Origin: Oligoflexales bacterium
GTDB taxonomy: Bacteria > Bdellovibrionota_B > Oligoflexia > Oligoflexales > JAPPIL01
Reading direction: 5' to 3'
Length of the DNA: 64,000 nt
NCBI GenBank assembly: GCA_965215515.1
Contig: OZ244057.1
Location: 1,248,001-1,312,000, forward strand
This document shows, in pieces, positions 28,552 to 39,357 of the stretch. The notes below the pieces were generated by a model, which saw only the letters and a program-made list of their open reading frames with translations, ran no database searches and was not told where the DNA came from. The position numbers and the translations under genes were made by a program. Numbering within the stretch: position 1 is the first letter of the stretch; every line of letters begins with the position of its first letter.

Positions 28552-30054
28552 TTAAATTTTCTCTATCTGATGATCAGTTCCAGAACAGGAAATTCTTTTC
28601 GCTACTCCTTCAATACGTGTCTCCAAATGCACAGGTCGTTTCCACAAGCGGAATAAATTTTTTAGTGTCTCCAAAGCAAAATCCTGCTTAAGATCCAGTT
28701 CTTTGTGTTCATGCACCAGCAACAGTTCACGACGATTGCGAAAGTTGCCGTCTTTGACAACGATAATTGGATTACCTACGTTAGTGAGTTGGTCGAGCAG
28801 TTTGCGTTTAACGTCGGAGAATTCACGTGACGAGATAACGTGCTTGTTACGATTGCGATCGTAATCGTAGACAAGCATTTTTTGTTCGTGACAAAAATCC
28901 TCGTCAAGATAGGCATCGATAAACGTTACATCGTTATGTACTCTTCTTATTTCAAAAAGTTTTTCTTTGCCTTGTTGAGTGTGTCTATTCCAAAACTTGC
29001 GCCTTTTTGGATCAGTGCAGTTGAGATAGTCAAGGCCAAAACGTCCTTCGTTCCAGCGTTTTTCGCAATGCCGTAGCAGCTCAACACCCAGCTTGTACGG
29101 ATTAAGCTGCCCTGGCTGGCTGGCGACTACTCCCGCGTAATGATCGCAGTAGTCGATAATTTCCGCCGCGGATAGAGGATAGAGATTAGTCATCATCTTG
29201 CTGTGCCAATATGTCGCCCAGCCTTCGTTGAGGATTTTTGTCTGTGCTTGTGGGGCAAAATAATAAGCTTCAGCACGAATTATATCTAACAACTGCCATT
29301 CCCAATCTTTTAGCGGTGCATGGCAAAGCAAATAATTCAGTACGTCTCGTTCGTTAGTTTTAGAATCAAGCAAAGGGTCTTTGCTATGTTTTTCTTCCAA
29401 TAATTTACGTTTACGAGCAATGTATTCTTTAGGATTAACGTACGTGTCCATGTAGGACTTGGCATCGAGTTTCAGTTCATCTTCGGTAATATGCAAATCT
29501 TCTGAGGTCTTTTCATTTTTCTTTTTAGCTTTTACTTTGAAAGGGGAGTAGATATCGATTAAATTTTCTAGCGACAGACAGCAGTCAAGCAGACTCTCGA
29601 CCTTATCATGCCCAATATCGTTGATCAGTGAGCGTACAATCGTGCCGTGATTAGCCATTTGGTTAAGCATTTTGTCGTTAGTTTTACTGAACCAGTAATT
29701 TTTTTGAAAAAAATCACAATGTCCATAGACATGAGCGATCACTGTTTTTTGATAGACAAGATCGTTTGCCCGTAACAGATAGGCGTAGCAAGGGTTGTTA
29801 TTGATGACCATCTCATAAATAATCGCCAAACCATAGGTATAGCTTTTAGCTAGGCGTTCGTATTCCATCCCGAAACGCCAATGTGGGTAGCGGGTTGGAA
29901 ACCCCATGTAGGCTGCGATTGCGTTAAGTTGCTTGTAATCGACCAGCTCAAAGATAGTTGTGCACGGTTCAAGTCCTGCCTCACGAGCAGCTTGTTCGAG
30001 TTCTTGGGCAAAAAAATTAATTTCTTCAGTCAGCTTTGTATCAAAGCCCAGCAT
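28552..30054 (-). CDS. spoVR: SpoVR/YcgB family protein
   Basis: GFPTRYPHWRFG, IYEMVIN..PCYAYL, AHVYGHCDFF, TKILNEGWATYWH, NPYKLG. Confidence 0.95.
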   Translation of the reverse strand: MLGFDTKLTEEINFFAQELEQAAREAGLEPCTTIFELVDYKQLNAIAAYMGFPTRYPHWRFGMEYERLAKSYTYGLAIIYEMVINNNPCYAYLLRANDLVYQKTVIAHVYGHCDFFQKNYWFSKTNDKMLNQMANHGTIVRSLINDIGHDKVESLLDCCLSLENLIDIYSPFKVKAKKKNEKTSEDLHITEDELKLDAKSYMDTYVNPKEYIARKRKLLEEKHSKDPLLDSKTNERDVLNYLLCHAPLKDWEWQLLDIIRAEAYYFAPQAQTKILNEGWATYWHSKMMTNLYPLSAAEIIDYCDHYAGVVASQPGQLNPYKLGVELLRHCEKRWNEGRFGLDYLNCTDPKRRKFWNRHTQQGKEKLFEIRRVHNDVTFIDAYLDEDFCHEQKMLVYDYDRNRNKHVISSREFSDVKRKLLDQLTNVGNPIIVVKDGNFRNRRELLLVHEHKELDLKQDFALETLKNLFRLWKRPVHLETRIEGVAKRISCSGTDHQIEKI

Positions 30055-31148
30055 TAGCGTCCTCTGCCCAGAAAAATTTTCAGCGCAGCGATAATCGCAT
30101 CACGATCTTTTATTTTGGCTAGTGCAACTCTCTCATTGTTAGGAAAACTTTTCTCCAGATCACGTAAAAACTGCCCCGACCCGTAACGTGACTCAACTTG
30201 CCCATAACTGAACAAGTTAGCATTGGGTAAAATATCGTTTTTCATAATATTAAGGCACTCCGTGGTATCGTTACCAGACCAGTTATCGCCATCAGAAAAA
30301 TGAAACAGATAAACATTCCATATCTCGGTTGGATAATCTTTTTCCATAAGATTTACTGCCAGTTGGTAGGCAGAGCTAATCAATGTGCCTCCTGATTCGC
30401 GGGTACGATAGAAGGTTTCTTGATCTACTTCACGGGCGATCGCGTCGTGCACAACATAGCGTCGTTCTAAACCTGCGTATTGTCTGGTCAACCAAGTATC
30501 TAGCCAAAATGCGGTTAGGCGCACAATTTTTTTTTGTTCTTCGCCCATACTGCCAGAAACATCCATCATGTAAATCACGACCGCGTTTGTTTCGGGCTTA
30601 GAGACCGTTTTAAACGAGCGATAGCGTTTATCGTCTTTGACAGGAACAATCATGGGAGATTGTGCGTCATACGTACCACTGATAATTGCGCGTTTCAATG
30701 CTTCTCGGAACGTACGTTTGAAATGCCGCAACGACTCAGGCCCTTGCTTAAAAATACCTGTATACTTATGTTGCAAAGCCTCGATATTTTTTTCCCCCTT
30801 ACCCCTGATACGCGGCAAGGCTAGCTCTTCACTGAGAATGTCGGCCAGTTCCTCCAGTGAAACTTCTACCTCAAGGGTTTTTTCCCCTTCGCCCTGACCA
30901 GCCTGCTGTTGTTCTCCTTGCGCTTGTCCTGGTAATGGATCACCGACTTCGCCTTCGCCCTGTCCTACGCCACGTTGTTGTGGGCCGAATTGAAACCTCG
31001 GTATATCTATACGGGGGAGAGGGATACTGATTGTCTTGCCCCCCTGCCTACCGAGCAAATCACCGCTAGTAATAAATTTGCGCAGTTCTTTTTTTATTTT
31101 ACCACGCACAATCTTGTGGAAGCGATTTAAATCAGAATCCATCTTCAT
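30054..31148 (-). CDS. yeaH: YeaH/YhbH (DUF444) vWA-like protein
   Basis: MMDVSGSM, ESGGTLISSAY, FHFSDGDNW. Confidence 0.93.
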   Translation of the reverse strand: MKMDSDLNRFHKIVRGKIKKELRKFITSGDLLGRQGGKTISIPLPRIDIPRFQFGPQQRGVGQGEGEVGDPLPGQAQGEQQQAGQGEGEKTLEVEVSLEELADILSEELALPRIRGKGEKNIEALQHKYTGIFKQGPESLRHFKRTFREALKRAIISGTYDAQSPMIVPVKDDKRYRSFKTVSKPETNAVVIYMMDVSGSMGEEQKKIVRLTAFWLDTWLTRQYAGLERRYVVHDAIAREVDQETFYRTRESGGTLISSAYQLAVNLMEKDYPTEIWNVYLFHFSDGDNWSGNDTTECLNIMKNDILPNANLFSYGQVESRYGSGQFLRDLEKSFPNNERVALAKIKDRDAIIAALKIFLGRGR

Positions 31149-31150
31149 TA

Positions 31151-33211
31151 CTATTTCTCTTGTTTAGTAACTCCACCGCGGGCGAAAATGCTGGCAACAA
31201 AATTCAGTGCATCGCTAGCACATATATCGCAGTAGTGATAGTTTTTAACCAAACGTCCTTTGACAACAGAAATTTTTTCTTGAGTTTCCTTGTCGACAAC
31301 GTTGGAAACAAGAGTTGTCAGTTTGATAGTATCTCTTTGATCTTCAAATAACTTAAGTTCAAGTGCTTTGTGCAAACGCTCGTTGGTTTTATAGTCGAAC
31401 GATCGTCCTTCGAGAGCTAAAGCACCTATATAGTTCATGATTTCACGCCGAAAATCATCTTTACGACTGTCGGGAATATCGATTTTTTCTTCGATCGAGC
31501 GCATGAGGCGTTCATCAGGCTCTTCGTCAGCACCTGTGAAAGGGTTTTTGACTTTCTCGTTTTGGATATAAGCTTTGAGGTTATCGATATAGTTGGCACA
31601 TACTTTGGAGATAGCTGACTCATCGGCAGATATGGCGCGCTGCACCTCGTGTTTGACAGTGTCTTCGTATTCACGTTTCACCTCGGCAAGTAATTCAGTG
31701 TAACGCTTGCGATCTTCATCACTGCTTATCAACGAATGTTCTTTAAGCCCCGATTCGAGCTCGTTGAGCACAATGAAAGGGTTAATACAACCATTGCCCT
31801 TATCGATGACGAGGGCGTTAGAGATCTTATCTTGCACATAACGTGGACTAATACCCTCTAAGCCTTCCCGCTTAGCTTCTTTACGCAGTTCTTTGATATT
31901 GTCTTCCGTAAATTTTTGTGTGGTCTTGCCATCGTAGAGTTTTAGTTTTTGCATCATAGTCAAGTTAGCTTTACGAGGATCTTCGAGACGGGTAAGAATC
32001 GCCCACATCGCCGCCATTTTGATGGTGTGAGGGGCTATGTGGATGTGCGGGACAGAAACAGGATTGAAATCTTTCTCGTAAATCTTAATTTCTTCTTTTA
32101 ATTTAGTAATATAAGGTATGTCGATTTTTACGGTGCGATCGCGCAGGGCTTCCATGAATTCGTTTTTCTGTAGCTTGCGATATTCGGCTTCGTTAGTGTG
32201 GCCGATGATAATTTCGTCGATGTCGGTCTGGGCAAATTTTTTCGGTTTAATCTTATGCTCTTGACTAGCGGTGAGTAAATCGTAGAGAAAGGCAACATCT
32301 AGTTTTAGTACCTCGATAAACTCAATCATGCCGCGGTTCGCAACATTGAACTCGCCATCGAAATTGAAAGCACGCGGGTCGGAATCCGAACCATATTGGG
32401 CAATTTTGCGGTAATTGATATCCCCTGTTAATTCAGTAGAGTCTTGATTTTTCTCATCTTTAGGTTGAAACGTGCCGATGCCAACACGATCCCTTTCCGA
32501 AAGGATAACCCGCCGTACGGTAACGTGATCGGTGATCAGTTTACGCCAATCGTTCTTGTAATGTTTCATCAATTCATTGAAAACATAGCGGCATGCGGGG
32601 CAGTTTTCCCCCTCGCTATACACTGCGCCGAGACGGTCGAGCGAGCTATTGAGACTAGCGATAACCTCAGCGCGTCTTTCTTTCGGTATCAGATGCAGCG
32701 GTTCTTCGTTGATGGGACAAGGCATGTCGTCTTCCATCTTCAGAATATCACCGAGATTATGCCACGTGTATGAGTATAAAGCACCGTTATCAGTACGTGA
32801 ATATGATTCCAGCCCTTTTTTGAGCAGACGAGTAATAGTTGATTTAGATGAGCCGACGGGGCCGTGCAGTAGGATAACACGTTTTTCTGTGCCATAACGC
32901 TGTGCCCCTGCTTTGAAGACATTGACCAGCTTCATCAAGTGCACATCCAAGCCGAACACTGCATCTTTGCCGTCTTCGATAGGGTCATCGAAAAAATTGT
33001 AATGCGTGATAGATTTCTTATATTCCGTATAATTTTTCGTGCCATAGCCCATAATCATGTCGTAAATACGTTGGAAGGCGGTTCTAGCAATACTCGGATC
33101 TTTGCTCAGCATGCCGAGGTACTTTTCAAACGACCCTGTCCAGTTGAAGCTTTCGAACTGGTCGAGATGATCAGCCGCCGAAACCATGTCCATGAGCTTG
33201 AGTGCATCCAT
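31151..33211 (-). CDS. prkA: PrkA/YeaG AAA+ protein (annotated serine protein kinase)
   Basis: [53 protein letters not shown]. Confidence 0.95.
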   Translation of the reverse strand: MDALKLMDMVSAADHLDQFESFNWTGSFEKYLGMLSKDPSIARTAFQRIYDMIMGYGTKNYTEYKKSITHYNFFDDPIEDGKDAVFGLDVHLMKLVNVFKAGAQRYGTEKRVILLHGPVGSSKSTITRLLKKGLESYSRTDNGALYSYTWHNLGDILKMEDDMPCPINEEPLHLIPKERRAEVIASLNSSLDRLGAVYSEGENCPACRYVFNELMKHYKNDWRKLITDHVTVRRVILSERDRVGIGTFQPKDEKNQDSTELTGDINYRKIAQYGSDSDPRAFNFDGEFNVANRGMIEFIEVLKLDVAFLYDLLTASQEHKIKPKKFAQTDIDEIIIGHTNEAEYRKLQKNEFMEALRDRTVKIDIPYITKLKEEIKIYEKDFNPVSVPHIHIAPHTIKMAAMWAILTRLEDPRKANLTMMQKLKLYDGKTTQKFTEDNIKELRKEAKREGLEGISPRYVQDKISNALVIDKGNGCINPFIVLNELESGLKEHSLISSDEDRKRYTELLAEVKREYEDTVKHEVQRAISADESAISKVCANYIDNLKAYIQNEKVKNPFTGADEEPDERLMRSIEEKIDIPDSRKDDFRREIMNYIGALALEGRSFDYKTNERLHKALELKLFEDQRDTIKLTTLVSNVVDKETQEKISVVKGRLVKNYHYCDICASDALNFVASIFARGGVTKQEK

Positions 33212-33351
33212 GCTTACCTACCCGTAGTTGTTAAGGTTGTGCAGAAAACCGCCGTCTCTCTCATCTTACCACATCCACCCTCTCCCAGTTAAAGGCGAGC
33301 AGCGGGGCGACAAAATAAGAAAAGGATCTTTCCTGTATGTTATCGAGGAAG

Positions 33352-35574
33352 TTAATAGGAGACGTAAATTTTTATCTCCCCCGACGTGTTGGGCGGGTAG
33401 TCGCCCTGGAAAGTTATTTTGCGCGCTGAGACGGTGTAATCTTTGCCCTTTTCTTTTTTCTCCCCCGCGACATACACTTCCCATATTTCTTTTCTGTAAC
33501 CGACATATTCCAGTAGTTCTTCAATACTGACTTCGATCTCCTTCTGCGCAGTAAACGAGAGATAAGAAAGCTCCATATCTTGATCGTGATTTTGCCTGAG
33601 ACCGTTGAGCATAGCGCAGCCGTTGGCGGTGGCATCGTCGTGCGTAAGCAAAACCTCGCCCTGCTCGATAACTAACTGCGCCGCGGTACAAGTATCACTG
33701 TCCCCTGTCAACTGCAGACTGTCAGGCACATAGTGCTCAGGCAAAGGGCGACGATCGCTCCGCAAACCACGCACAGTAAGCGTGGCAGTGATTGGCCGCC
33801 CGCGTTGAAAATCGCGGGAATTGAAAACAACATCGCCATTGTTGTGCGTACATGACACAGGAGAACAGCTAACACTTGTGATGGGGTAATTGCCCGCGTA
33901 GCGGAGAGGGTAACGCAATATATCGTGACCATAGTATCGATAGCTAACGGTGAACCTGGTATCATAGTCAGGTTCTTCGCCGCTATTGAAGACAATCCTA
34001 TTAGGGTTTTTTTGCACGCGGTAACTGCTCTTATCATACCTAGCTATAGATACCGATCCTGCCACAACTTCACGGTCAGTAGCGAACGGAAATTCGCGTT
34101 GCTTGGGGTCATGTTGTTGCTTTTTTTGCCAACGGAGATGAGCGGTAGCACCCGCGGGAAAATTCGTCTTGACGTTCTGTATGGTCACCGTACTCCCGCT
34201 CACCGTATAGTGAGTGCCTTTAACCAGATTTTTTCCTCTTACTCGTACTTGCAGCGTGCTCAGGTCAGCTTGTGTGTCGATGGCGATGTCTGCGATATAA
34301 GCTTTCCTCTTACCTCGCGGTACATAGCTTACACGAATGCCATCGCCGCTCAGGTTGCTAAATATCAGTATCTTGTTATTGACTGTAAAACCGCTTGTCA
34401 TGGGTTTGCCACCGACAGTGACGGACAGTGTGCTAAGATCAGGTACTTCAGTGAGCGTGAACTGATCTTGCAGCTTATCTCGAATGCCAGACGAGATCCC
34501 TGTTAGGGTGCTGTCATAGTTTTGGTCTAAAATACTCAGTATCCTGTCAAAGTTTCCTCGCTGGTAGTTATTGCTGAAAGGCTTGTAATTATCATTCCGC
34601 TGATAACACGGATTGGCATAATGACTTGATGTATACTCTCTTCCAAAGGCGTTACTATGATCACGCACCACTCCACAAGTCATTTCGGTATCAAAAATAC
34701 CGAATAGTCTTGTGTGCGTGCGCAGCCCTCTGAAGTCAGCGATAAAATCAACCACCTGGTTGCCACAGCGAAACGAATTGCCGCCGCTGCTAGCGTCAGG
34801 AGCAGCTCGGTTAGTGCACTGATAATCTTCGTTGCTGATAATCACCGCTGCTAGTGTCGATTCAGGTCGTAGCCAGGTGGCACGACAGTTGACAGTTAGG
34901 CCTAGGGCGTATCGCGCTTTCTGCAGGGTTCTTTCGTTGGTATTGGGATTGTTGTTAGCCTTAGTTTTTAATGCAGTGAGTGCGGTTCCGTAGCTATGTT
35001 CATTATTTTTGGTGATGATACCGTAGTCGCGGCACATGTTGCTACCATCGACATCGATGATCTTGATCTGCCAGTTGCTGTTGTCGATGTGTCGTAATAG
35101 GCTGTTCAGTTTTGTGGCAAGACTCTCGTGCACTCTTATCATCGACCTTGAATCGTCGATAACCAGCAGCAGATCGAGCAGCCCCTTATCTCTGCTACGT
35201 GTGAAGGTATCTGTTCTAAGTCTACCTTCGCTGCCCGTCTGTCTGACTTGCTTGCTGTGCTCGCTACGAACCTCAGTGACTACTGTTTGTGCTTTAGAAT
35301 CTTGCCTGCTTTCCATGACGACTATCTGCGCTTCCGTATCGTCTTGCGCCAGATTGAACTGCACGACAGCGCGCTCGCTAGCGGCAGGATTGAGGGTAAA
35401 CAGCTGTGTGGTCAATGCCGTCGGCGGCAATCCCTCTGCCGAGAGCTCGCCGTCGGCGACAACATCGCCTGTGCCAGTTGTCGGCTGCTGCTCAGCCACC
35501 ATAGCATCGAAATCCGTCTCGCTGCAGCTCAACACCATCAGTAACGACGCTATTTTCACTCCAGCTCGTACCAT
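33352..35574 (-). CDS. Large vWA-domain lipoprotein with repeated C-terminal beta domains
   Basis: VLSC lipobox; LDLLLVIDDSRS MIDAS; WLRPESTLAAVIISNED; repeated V.V.G....G..YTV....I.F units. Confidence 0.8.
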   Translation of the reverse strand: MVRAGVKIASLLMVLSCSETDFDAMVAEQQPTTGTGDVVADGELSAEGLPPTALTTQLFTLNPAASERAVVQFNLAQDDTEAQIVVMESRQDSKAQTVVTEVRSEHSKQVRQTGSEGRLRTDTFTRSRDKGLLDLLLVIDDSRSMIRVHESLATKLNSLLRHIDNSNWQIKIIDVDGSNMCRDYGIITKNNEHSYGTALTALKTKANNNPNTNERTLQKARYALGLTVNCRATWLRPESTLAAVIISNEDYQCTNRAAPDASSGGNSFRCGNQVVDFIADFRGLRTHTRLFGIFDTEMTCGVVRDHSNAFGREYTSSHYANPCYQRNDNYKPFSNNYQRGNFDRILSILDQNYDSTLTGISSGIRDKLQDQFTLTEVPDLSTLSVTVGGKPMTSGFTVNNKILIFSNLSGDGIRVSYVPRGKRKAYIADIAIDTQADLSTLQVRVRGKNLVKGTHYTVSGSTVTIQNVKTNFPAGATAHLRWQKKQQHDPKQREFPFATDREVVAGSVSIARYDKSSYRVQKNPNRIVFNSGEEPDYDTRFTVSYRYYGHDILRYPLRYAGNYPITSVSCSPVSCTHNNGDVVFNSRDFQRGRPITATLTVRGLRSDRRPLPEHYVPDSLQLTGDSDTCTAAQLVIEQGEVLLTHDDATANGCAMLNGLRQNHDQDMELSYLSFTAQKEIEVSIEELLEYVGYRKEIWEVYVAGEKKEKGKDYTVSARKITFQGDYPPNTSGEIKIYVSY

Positions 35575-35575
35575 C

Positions 35576-37912
35576 TCAATCCTGCTGCGGAGAAGAGTCA
35601 CCATACAGATCATCGATCATCTCCTCCAGATCGATCTCCTCAGATCTTGGCTCAGCAAGCTTGGGTCTTAGGGATACCTCAGGGGGCGGTTCAAGATCAC
35701 CTTTAGCGCTTACTACGGTTGTTCGTGTCTCAGGGCAGCGGTGCACAGTAGCGATTTCGACTTGCTCTGTGTAGACACCATAACGTTCGAAGTGTACCTT
35801 CGGTTGTTTCTCAGCGTTAACTTTGCCGCTACAGTAGAAGTGCCCTGCTGCGGGTTGATACCCACAGGAGGTAACCCGCAGCACACTGCCATCGTCTCGT
35901 TTAATCAGGACACCCCGTCCTTTTGGAAGTTTACAGATGTTCACCGTGCCAGCCCCACCTCGGCAGTAGTGATTGAAAACATCGAATTCTGCCTTACAGA
36001 CAGGTTTTGCTGCGAAGCCAGTGATGGCATTATCACTCTTCTCACAAAACGGTAAGATATTATCGTTAGTTTTCTTCGACTTGATCTTGTCGATCACCCG
36101 TACGAAGCGTCTTTGGACACGATTTTCGACGAGAACATCACGGTGATCGAACTCTGGCATCTCGCGTGAGTAATAGGGAAAGAAAGCTTTCTGCTTGCGA
36201 GCCATATGATGCCCCTGCAAGTAAAGCATCTTTTTGCTCGCATCGTAAGGATTCTCGGCATTGACTCCAGTGCTTAAGAAGCTTACCAGTGCTGCTATCA
36301 TCGTAGGTCCACTAAGTGCTGCTATCGTAGGTCCACTATCTGTCACAGTGTGTCGGTGGCCGCTTGCATCTTCACAGACGAGACCCTGTCCTGCGTCTGC
36401 TGGACACTTAACACGGTGACTAGTACCGTCTTTCCCACCAGTATAGTAGGAAAACATCCAATTGTCTGATACCCGACCATCGTCGTATTTTGAGATGCAC
36501 AGTACCTTAGCTTCACTTATTGCGTTCAGGTATTTTGTATGGGATTGTGGGTTTTTGTGATGAAGATGATGTTGGCGTGCTTGCTCCACGCTCTCTGCAT
36601 CGAAAGCGACACAGTGGTTTATAGAGCCGTCTTCTCTTAGCTCAACAAACCTGGTATTCACCGTGTCACTCGGCGCATCGGTAGTGCTTTCGCCCCAAGT
36701 GAAGTTACTTCCGACCTGTCCGCTCACAAGTTTTTGCTCATCGGGACAGGTACTATCTTTTCTTCGTGGGATATTAACTCCATAACGCTCGAAGTATACC
36801 TTCATAGTGGAGTCAGCGTGCGTTAACTTGCCGCTACAGTAGAAATGTTTAGCCCCCGCCTGATACTCGCAGGTCGAAACACGCAACAGCTTGTTCTTAG
36901 CTTGCTCGCTCAGTATGCCACGACCTTTCAGTTTGCAGGCCTTGATTTTCCTTTCGTTGCGGACATTGCTCCCTCCCTGCTGAAATTTACAAAACCCACC
37001 GTAGGGGCTGAGCTCGTCGTGACATTCATTCACCTCCTCAAAACCAGAGACAGCTCCCTCGCGGACAACACACTCTGGCAAGATAGACATACCAGTCTTT
37101 TCTGAGACTAGGTTAGCGTTTTCGATAACCTTGGCGAACGCCTTCTGTTGACTACCGTCATCTTTCTTAACATTAACATACTCGTATTCCCCCCTCTCCT
37201 CACTGGGCAAAAATGCCAGTTGGTCACGGGTAAGTAGTATACTTCTGATTCCCAACATTTTCTTGCCTGCTCTATAACGACCTGCTCCGAAGGGGGATGC
37301 CGCGATACTGACAAGTTTTTCGACCACGCTCTTCTTGCCCGCACGGAAAGAGCTAGCGTCATCTATCTTGTACAGTATTCCTCCTGCACTACCCCTGCAC
37401 GTAAATCTGTTCTCACTCTTATCCTCCCGACAAAAAACACGGTGGCTCCGCGCACCATCGAAATAAGAAAACAGATGGCGATCGATACGACGATAGTTTG
37501 GCCGACGCCACTTCTGATGACGGTTGTCGTGGTAGCGAGAGATGCACAGCACCTTTGCCTGCACCAGCTGAGCTAAAAACTCGTCGTGAGCGGTTGATCT
37601 GGCCTGGCGTTTTGCTTGGTTATGACGATCACGTTGCAGTGCATCGTAAGCCGTTACCAGCGCATCGTACTTTGACTTCAACCCACTATTTGCCCCCACT
37701 TCCAAAGCTACACACGCCTGTTTATCTTCCCTGTTCTCAAAGAGGCTCACAAACCTGTAGTTTACCGTCTTGGAAGGCCCTTCGAGAGTATGCTCGTGCC
37801 AAGTACTATGTCCCGTCGTTTGGTCAGCCTCCTGCACCCTGGCTGAAGGCATGACAGAACAAGACACCTGTACCAGCGTTGCCAGTGCGAAGAAAAAAAT
37901 TTGTTGCCTCAT
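35576..37912 (-). CDS. Lipoprotein composed of two ~335-370 aa Cys-rich repeats
   Basis: VQVSC lipobox; duplicated AKVLCIS, SHRV.C, KKML, KGRG.L, HFYCSGK, FERYGV. Confidence 0.8.
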   Translation of the reverse strand: MRQQIFFFALATLVQVSCSVMPSARVQEADQTTGHSTWHEHTLEGPSKTVNYRFVSLFENREDKQACVALEVGANSGLKSKYDALVTAYDALQRDRHNQAKRQARSTAHDEFLAQLVQAKVLCISRYHDNRHQKWRRPNYRRIDRHLFSYFDGARSHRVFCREDKSENRFTCRGSAGGILYKIDDASSFRAGKKSVVEKLVSIAASPFGAGRYRAGKKMLGIRSILLTRDQLAFLPSEERGEYEYVNVKKDDGSQQKAFAKVIENANLVSEKTGMSILPECVVREGAVSGFEEVNECHDELSPYGGFCKFQQGGSNVRNERKIKACKLKGRGILSEQAKNKLLRVSTCEYQAGAKHFYCSGKLTHADSTMKVYFERYGVNIPRRKDSTCPDEQKLVSGQVGSNFTWGESTTDAPSDTVNTRFVELREDGSINHCVAFDAESVEQARQHHLHHKNPQSHTKYLNAISEAKVLCISKYDDGRVSDNWMFSYYTGGKDGTSHRVKCPADAGQGLVCEDASGHRHTVTDSGPTIAALSGPTMIAALVSFLSTGVNAENPYDASKKMLYLQGHHMARKQKAFFPYYSREMPEFDHRDVLVENRVQRRFVRVIDKIKSKKTNDNILPFCEKSDNAITGFAAKPVCKAEFDVFNHYCRGGAGTVNICKLPKGRGVLIKRDDGSVLRVTSCGYQPAAGHFYCSGKVNAEKQPKVHFERYGVYTEQVEIATVHRCPETRTTVVSAKGDLEPPPEVSLRPKLAEPRSEEIDLEEMIDDLYGDSSPQQD
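36288..36338. repeat. In-frame tandem duplication (27 + 24 nt)
   Basis: agtgctgctatcatcgtaggtccacta followed by agtgctgctatcgtaggtccacta; encodes SGPTIAAL-SGPTMIAAL. Confidence 0.9.
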
Positions 37913-37950
37913 GTCATCTCCAGGTGTGATTGCGAAACAACCTGCGTACC

Positions 37951-37978
37951 CCATCGGCTACGGCAGTCAGTTTCTTTA
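37951..37978 (-). promoter_or_regulatory. Putative sigma28-type promoter
   Basis: Minus strand TAAA(G)-N16-GCCGATGG. Confidence 0.6.
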
Positions 37979-38066
37979 GTGATAAAGAAAAAATTTCCTG
38001 TGTTTATTTTAACTCGCTACTATCATTAAATAAATTATGCTAAAAATAACCTCCAGGGTGTCATGC

Positions 38067-38094
38067 TAAGCTTTACTTGCTCAGCAGCCGAGGT
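38067..38094 (+). promoter_or_regulatory. Putative sigma28-type promoter
   Basis: TAAG-N16-GCCGAGGT upstream of protease. Confidence 0.4.
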
Positions 38095-38130
38095 GATGGG
38101 CGGGCGGGGGTATGGGTGGTGAGCGGGCGG

Positions 38131-38970
38131 ATGGCAAAACTTTTTCTCGGTCTCGCGATGTCGGTGAGCGGTTGCACCTGTGATGAACCGCGTCAGCGGC
38201 GTGTCTTCACCCATACCGAAGACATCGCCCTCTTCTCACTGGCCAATGCCAGCTATATTCCGCCACCGATCTTGCAGCGTGCCAACGCTGCCGCGGTGTT
38301 CATCATCAATCCTAGCGGCACGTGTTCAGGCACGTTAGTGAGTGTCGCAGGCAACAAAGAGGCCCAGATTATCACCAACGCCCACTGTTTTTATGACAAG
38401 CAGGGGCGTGGGGCACGTTGTCAGGAGACCGAAGTGGTGTTTGCGATGGAAAGTGAACGTCTACGAGTCAGGTGTCGTGCAGGAACTCTGCGTCTCAATC
38501 GCAGTGTCGATCTTGCCGTTTTCATGTTGCAAGACAAGCCTAAGTTGCCGTCACGTTTTCAGCCGCTGGCGATATGGCAGGGCAAGCTCCCCCATCAACG
38601 CGAGGCGTTCATCATCCATCATCCCACCGTACACGAAACAACACTGCGTAATCACACGGTTTTCGATAAGGCGGTGACGGGTCTCGACTGCTACGTACTC
38701 GGTCGTTTTCCCTGGTATCTGCGTATGGAGGCGGACATTTTTCTGCACGGCATATCGCATAGCTGTGATATAGCTAGCGGCTCAAGCGGGGCAGGGCTGA
38801 TCGACTTTGCCACGGCTAAACTGCTCGGCGTAGTATGGGGCGATGTCGTGCTCAGCAACGAGGAGGAGGTACGCCTGCTTAACGGGGCAATTCACAGCCG
38901 TTATGTGCGTAGGTTTATCAACGCCGAGCCCCTCGACCCCCCACCCTGGTGGTGGCCTTTCGAGGACTAG
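38131..38970 (+). CDS. Trypsin-like serine protease (lipoprotein)
   Basis: CSGTLV, ITNAHC, DLAVF, HSCD..SGSSGAG; VSGC lipobox. Confidence 0.85.
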   Translation: MAKLFLGLAMSVSGCTCDEPRQRRVFTHTEDIALFSLANASYIPPPILQRANAAAVFIINPSGTCSGTLVSVAGNKEAQIITNAHCFYDKQGRGARCQETEVVFAMESERLRVRCRAGTLRLNRSVDLAVFMLQDKPKLPSRFQPLAIWQGKLPHQREAFIIHHPTVHETTLRNHTVFDKAVTGLDCYVLGRFPWYLRMEADIFLHGISHSCDIASGSSGAGLIDFATAKLLGVVWGDVVLSNEEEVRLLNGAIHSRYVRRFINAEPLDPPPWWWPFED

Positions 38971-39030
38971 CGTGGTGCTTTAGGAAAGAAAGCGTGGGGC
39001 GTTGCCCAGCGCATTTGTATGTACACGGAG

Positions 39031-39357
39031 ATGAAAATGAGTTACTGTCTGGTCTATACGACATGCGCAGATTTTGCGGCAGCCGAGCTGATCGCCCAGC
39101 GCTTAGTAGAGGCTAAACTGGCGGCATGTGTCAACATTTTTCCCGCCATGACCTCTATCTATCGCTGGCAAGGAAAGATCGCACGGGAACAGGAAACAGC
39201 GGTCTTGATCAAAACAAAAACCGCACTGTTCACCGCGGTGGAAGAAAAAATCACATCCCTGCACAGCTACGACACCTGCTGTGTTATTCAGTTACCTCTT
39301 ACCGCTGGTGCGGATAAATTTCTGCGCTGGATAGAGGCACAGGTCACTATACCCTGA
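39031..39357 (+). CDS. cutA: CutA divalent-cation tolerance protein
   Basis: LVEAKLAACVNI, SIYRWQG, E...LIKT, LHSYD. Confidence 0.93.
   Translation: MKMSYCLVYTTCADFAAAELIAQRLVEAKLAACVNIFPAMTSIYRWQGKIAREQETAVLIKTKTALFTAVEEKITSLHSYDTCCVIQLPLTAGADKFLRWIEAQVTIP

Noticed and set aside
33235..33262. Possible sigma54 promoter upstream of prkA (minus strand GGCGGTTTTCTGC)
   Set aside because: GG-to-GC spacing is 9 nt rather than the required 10
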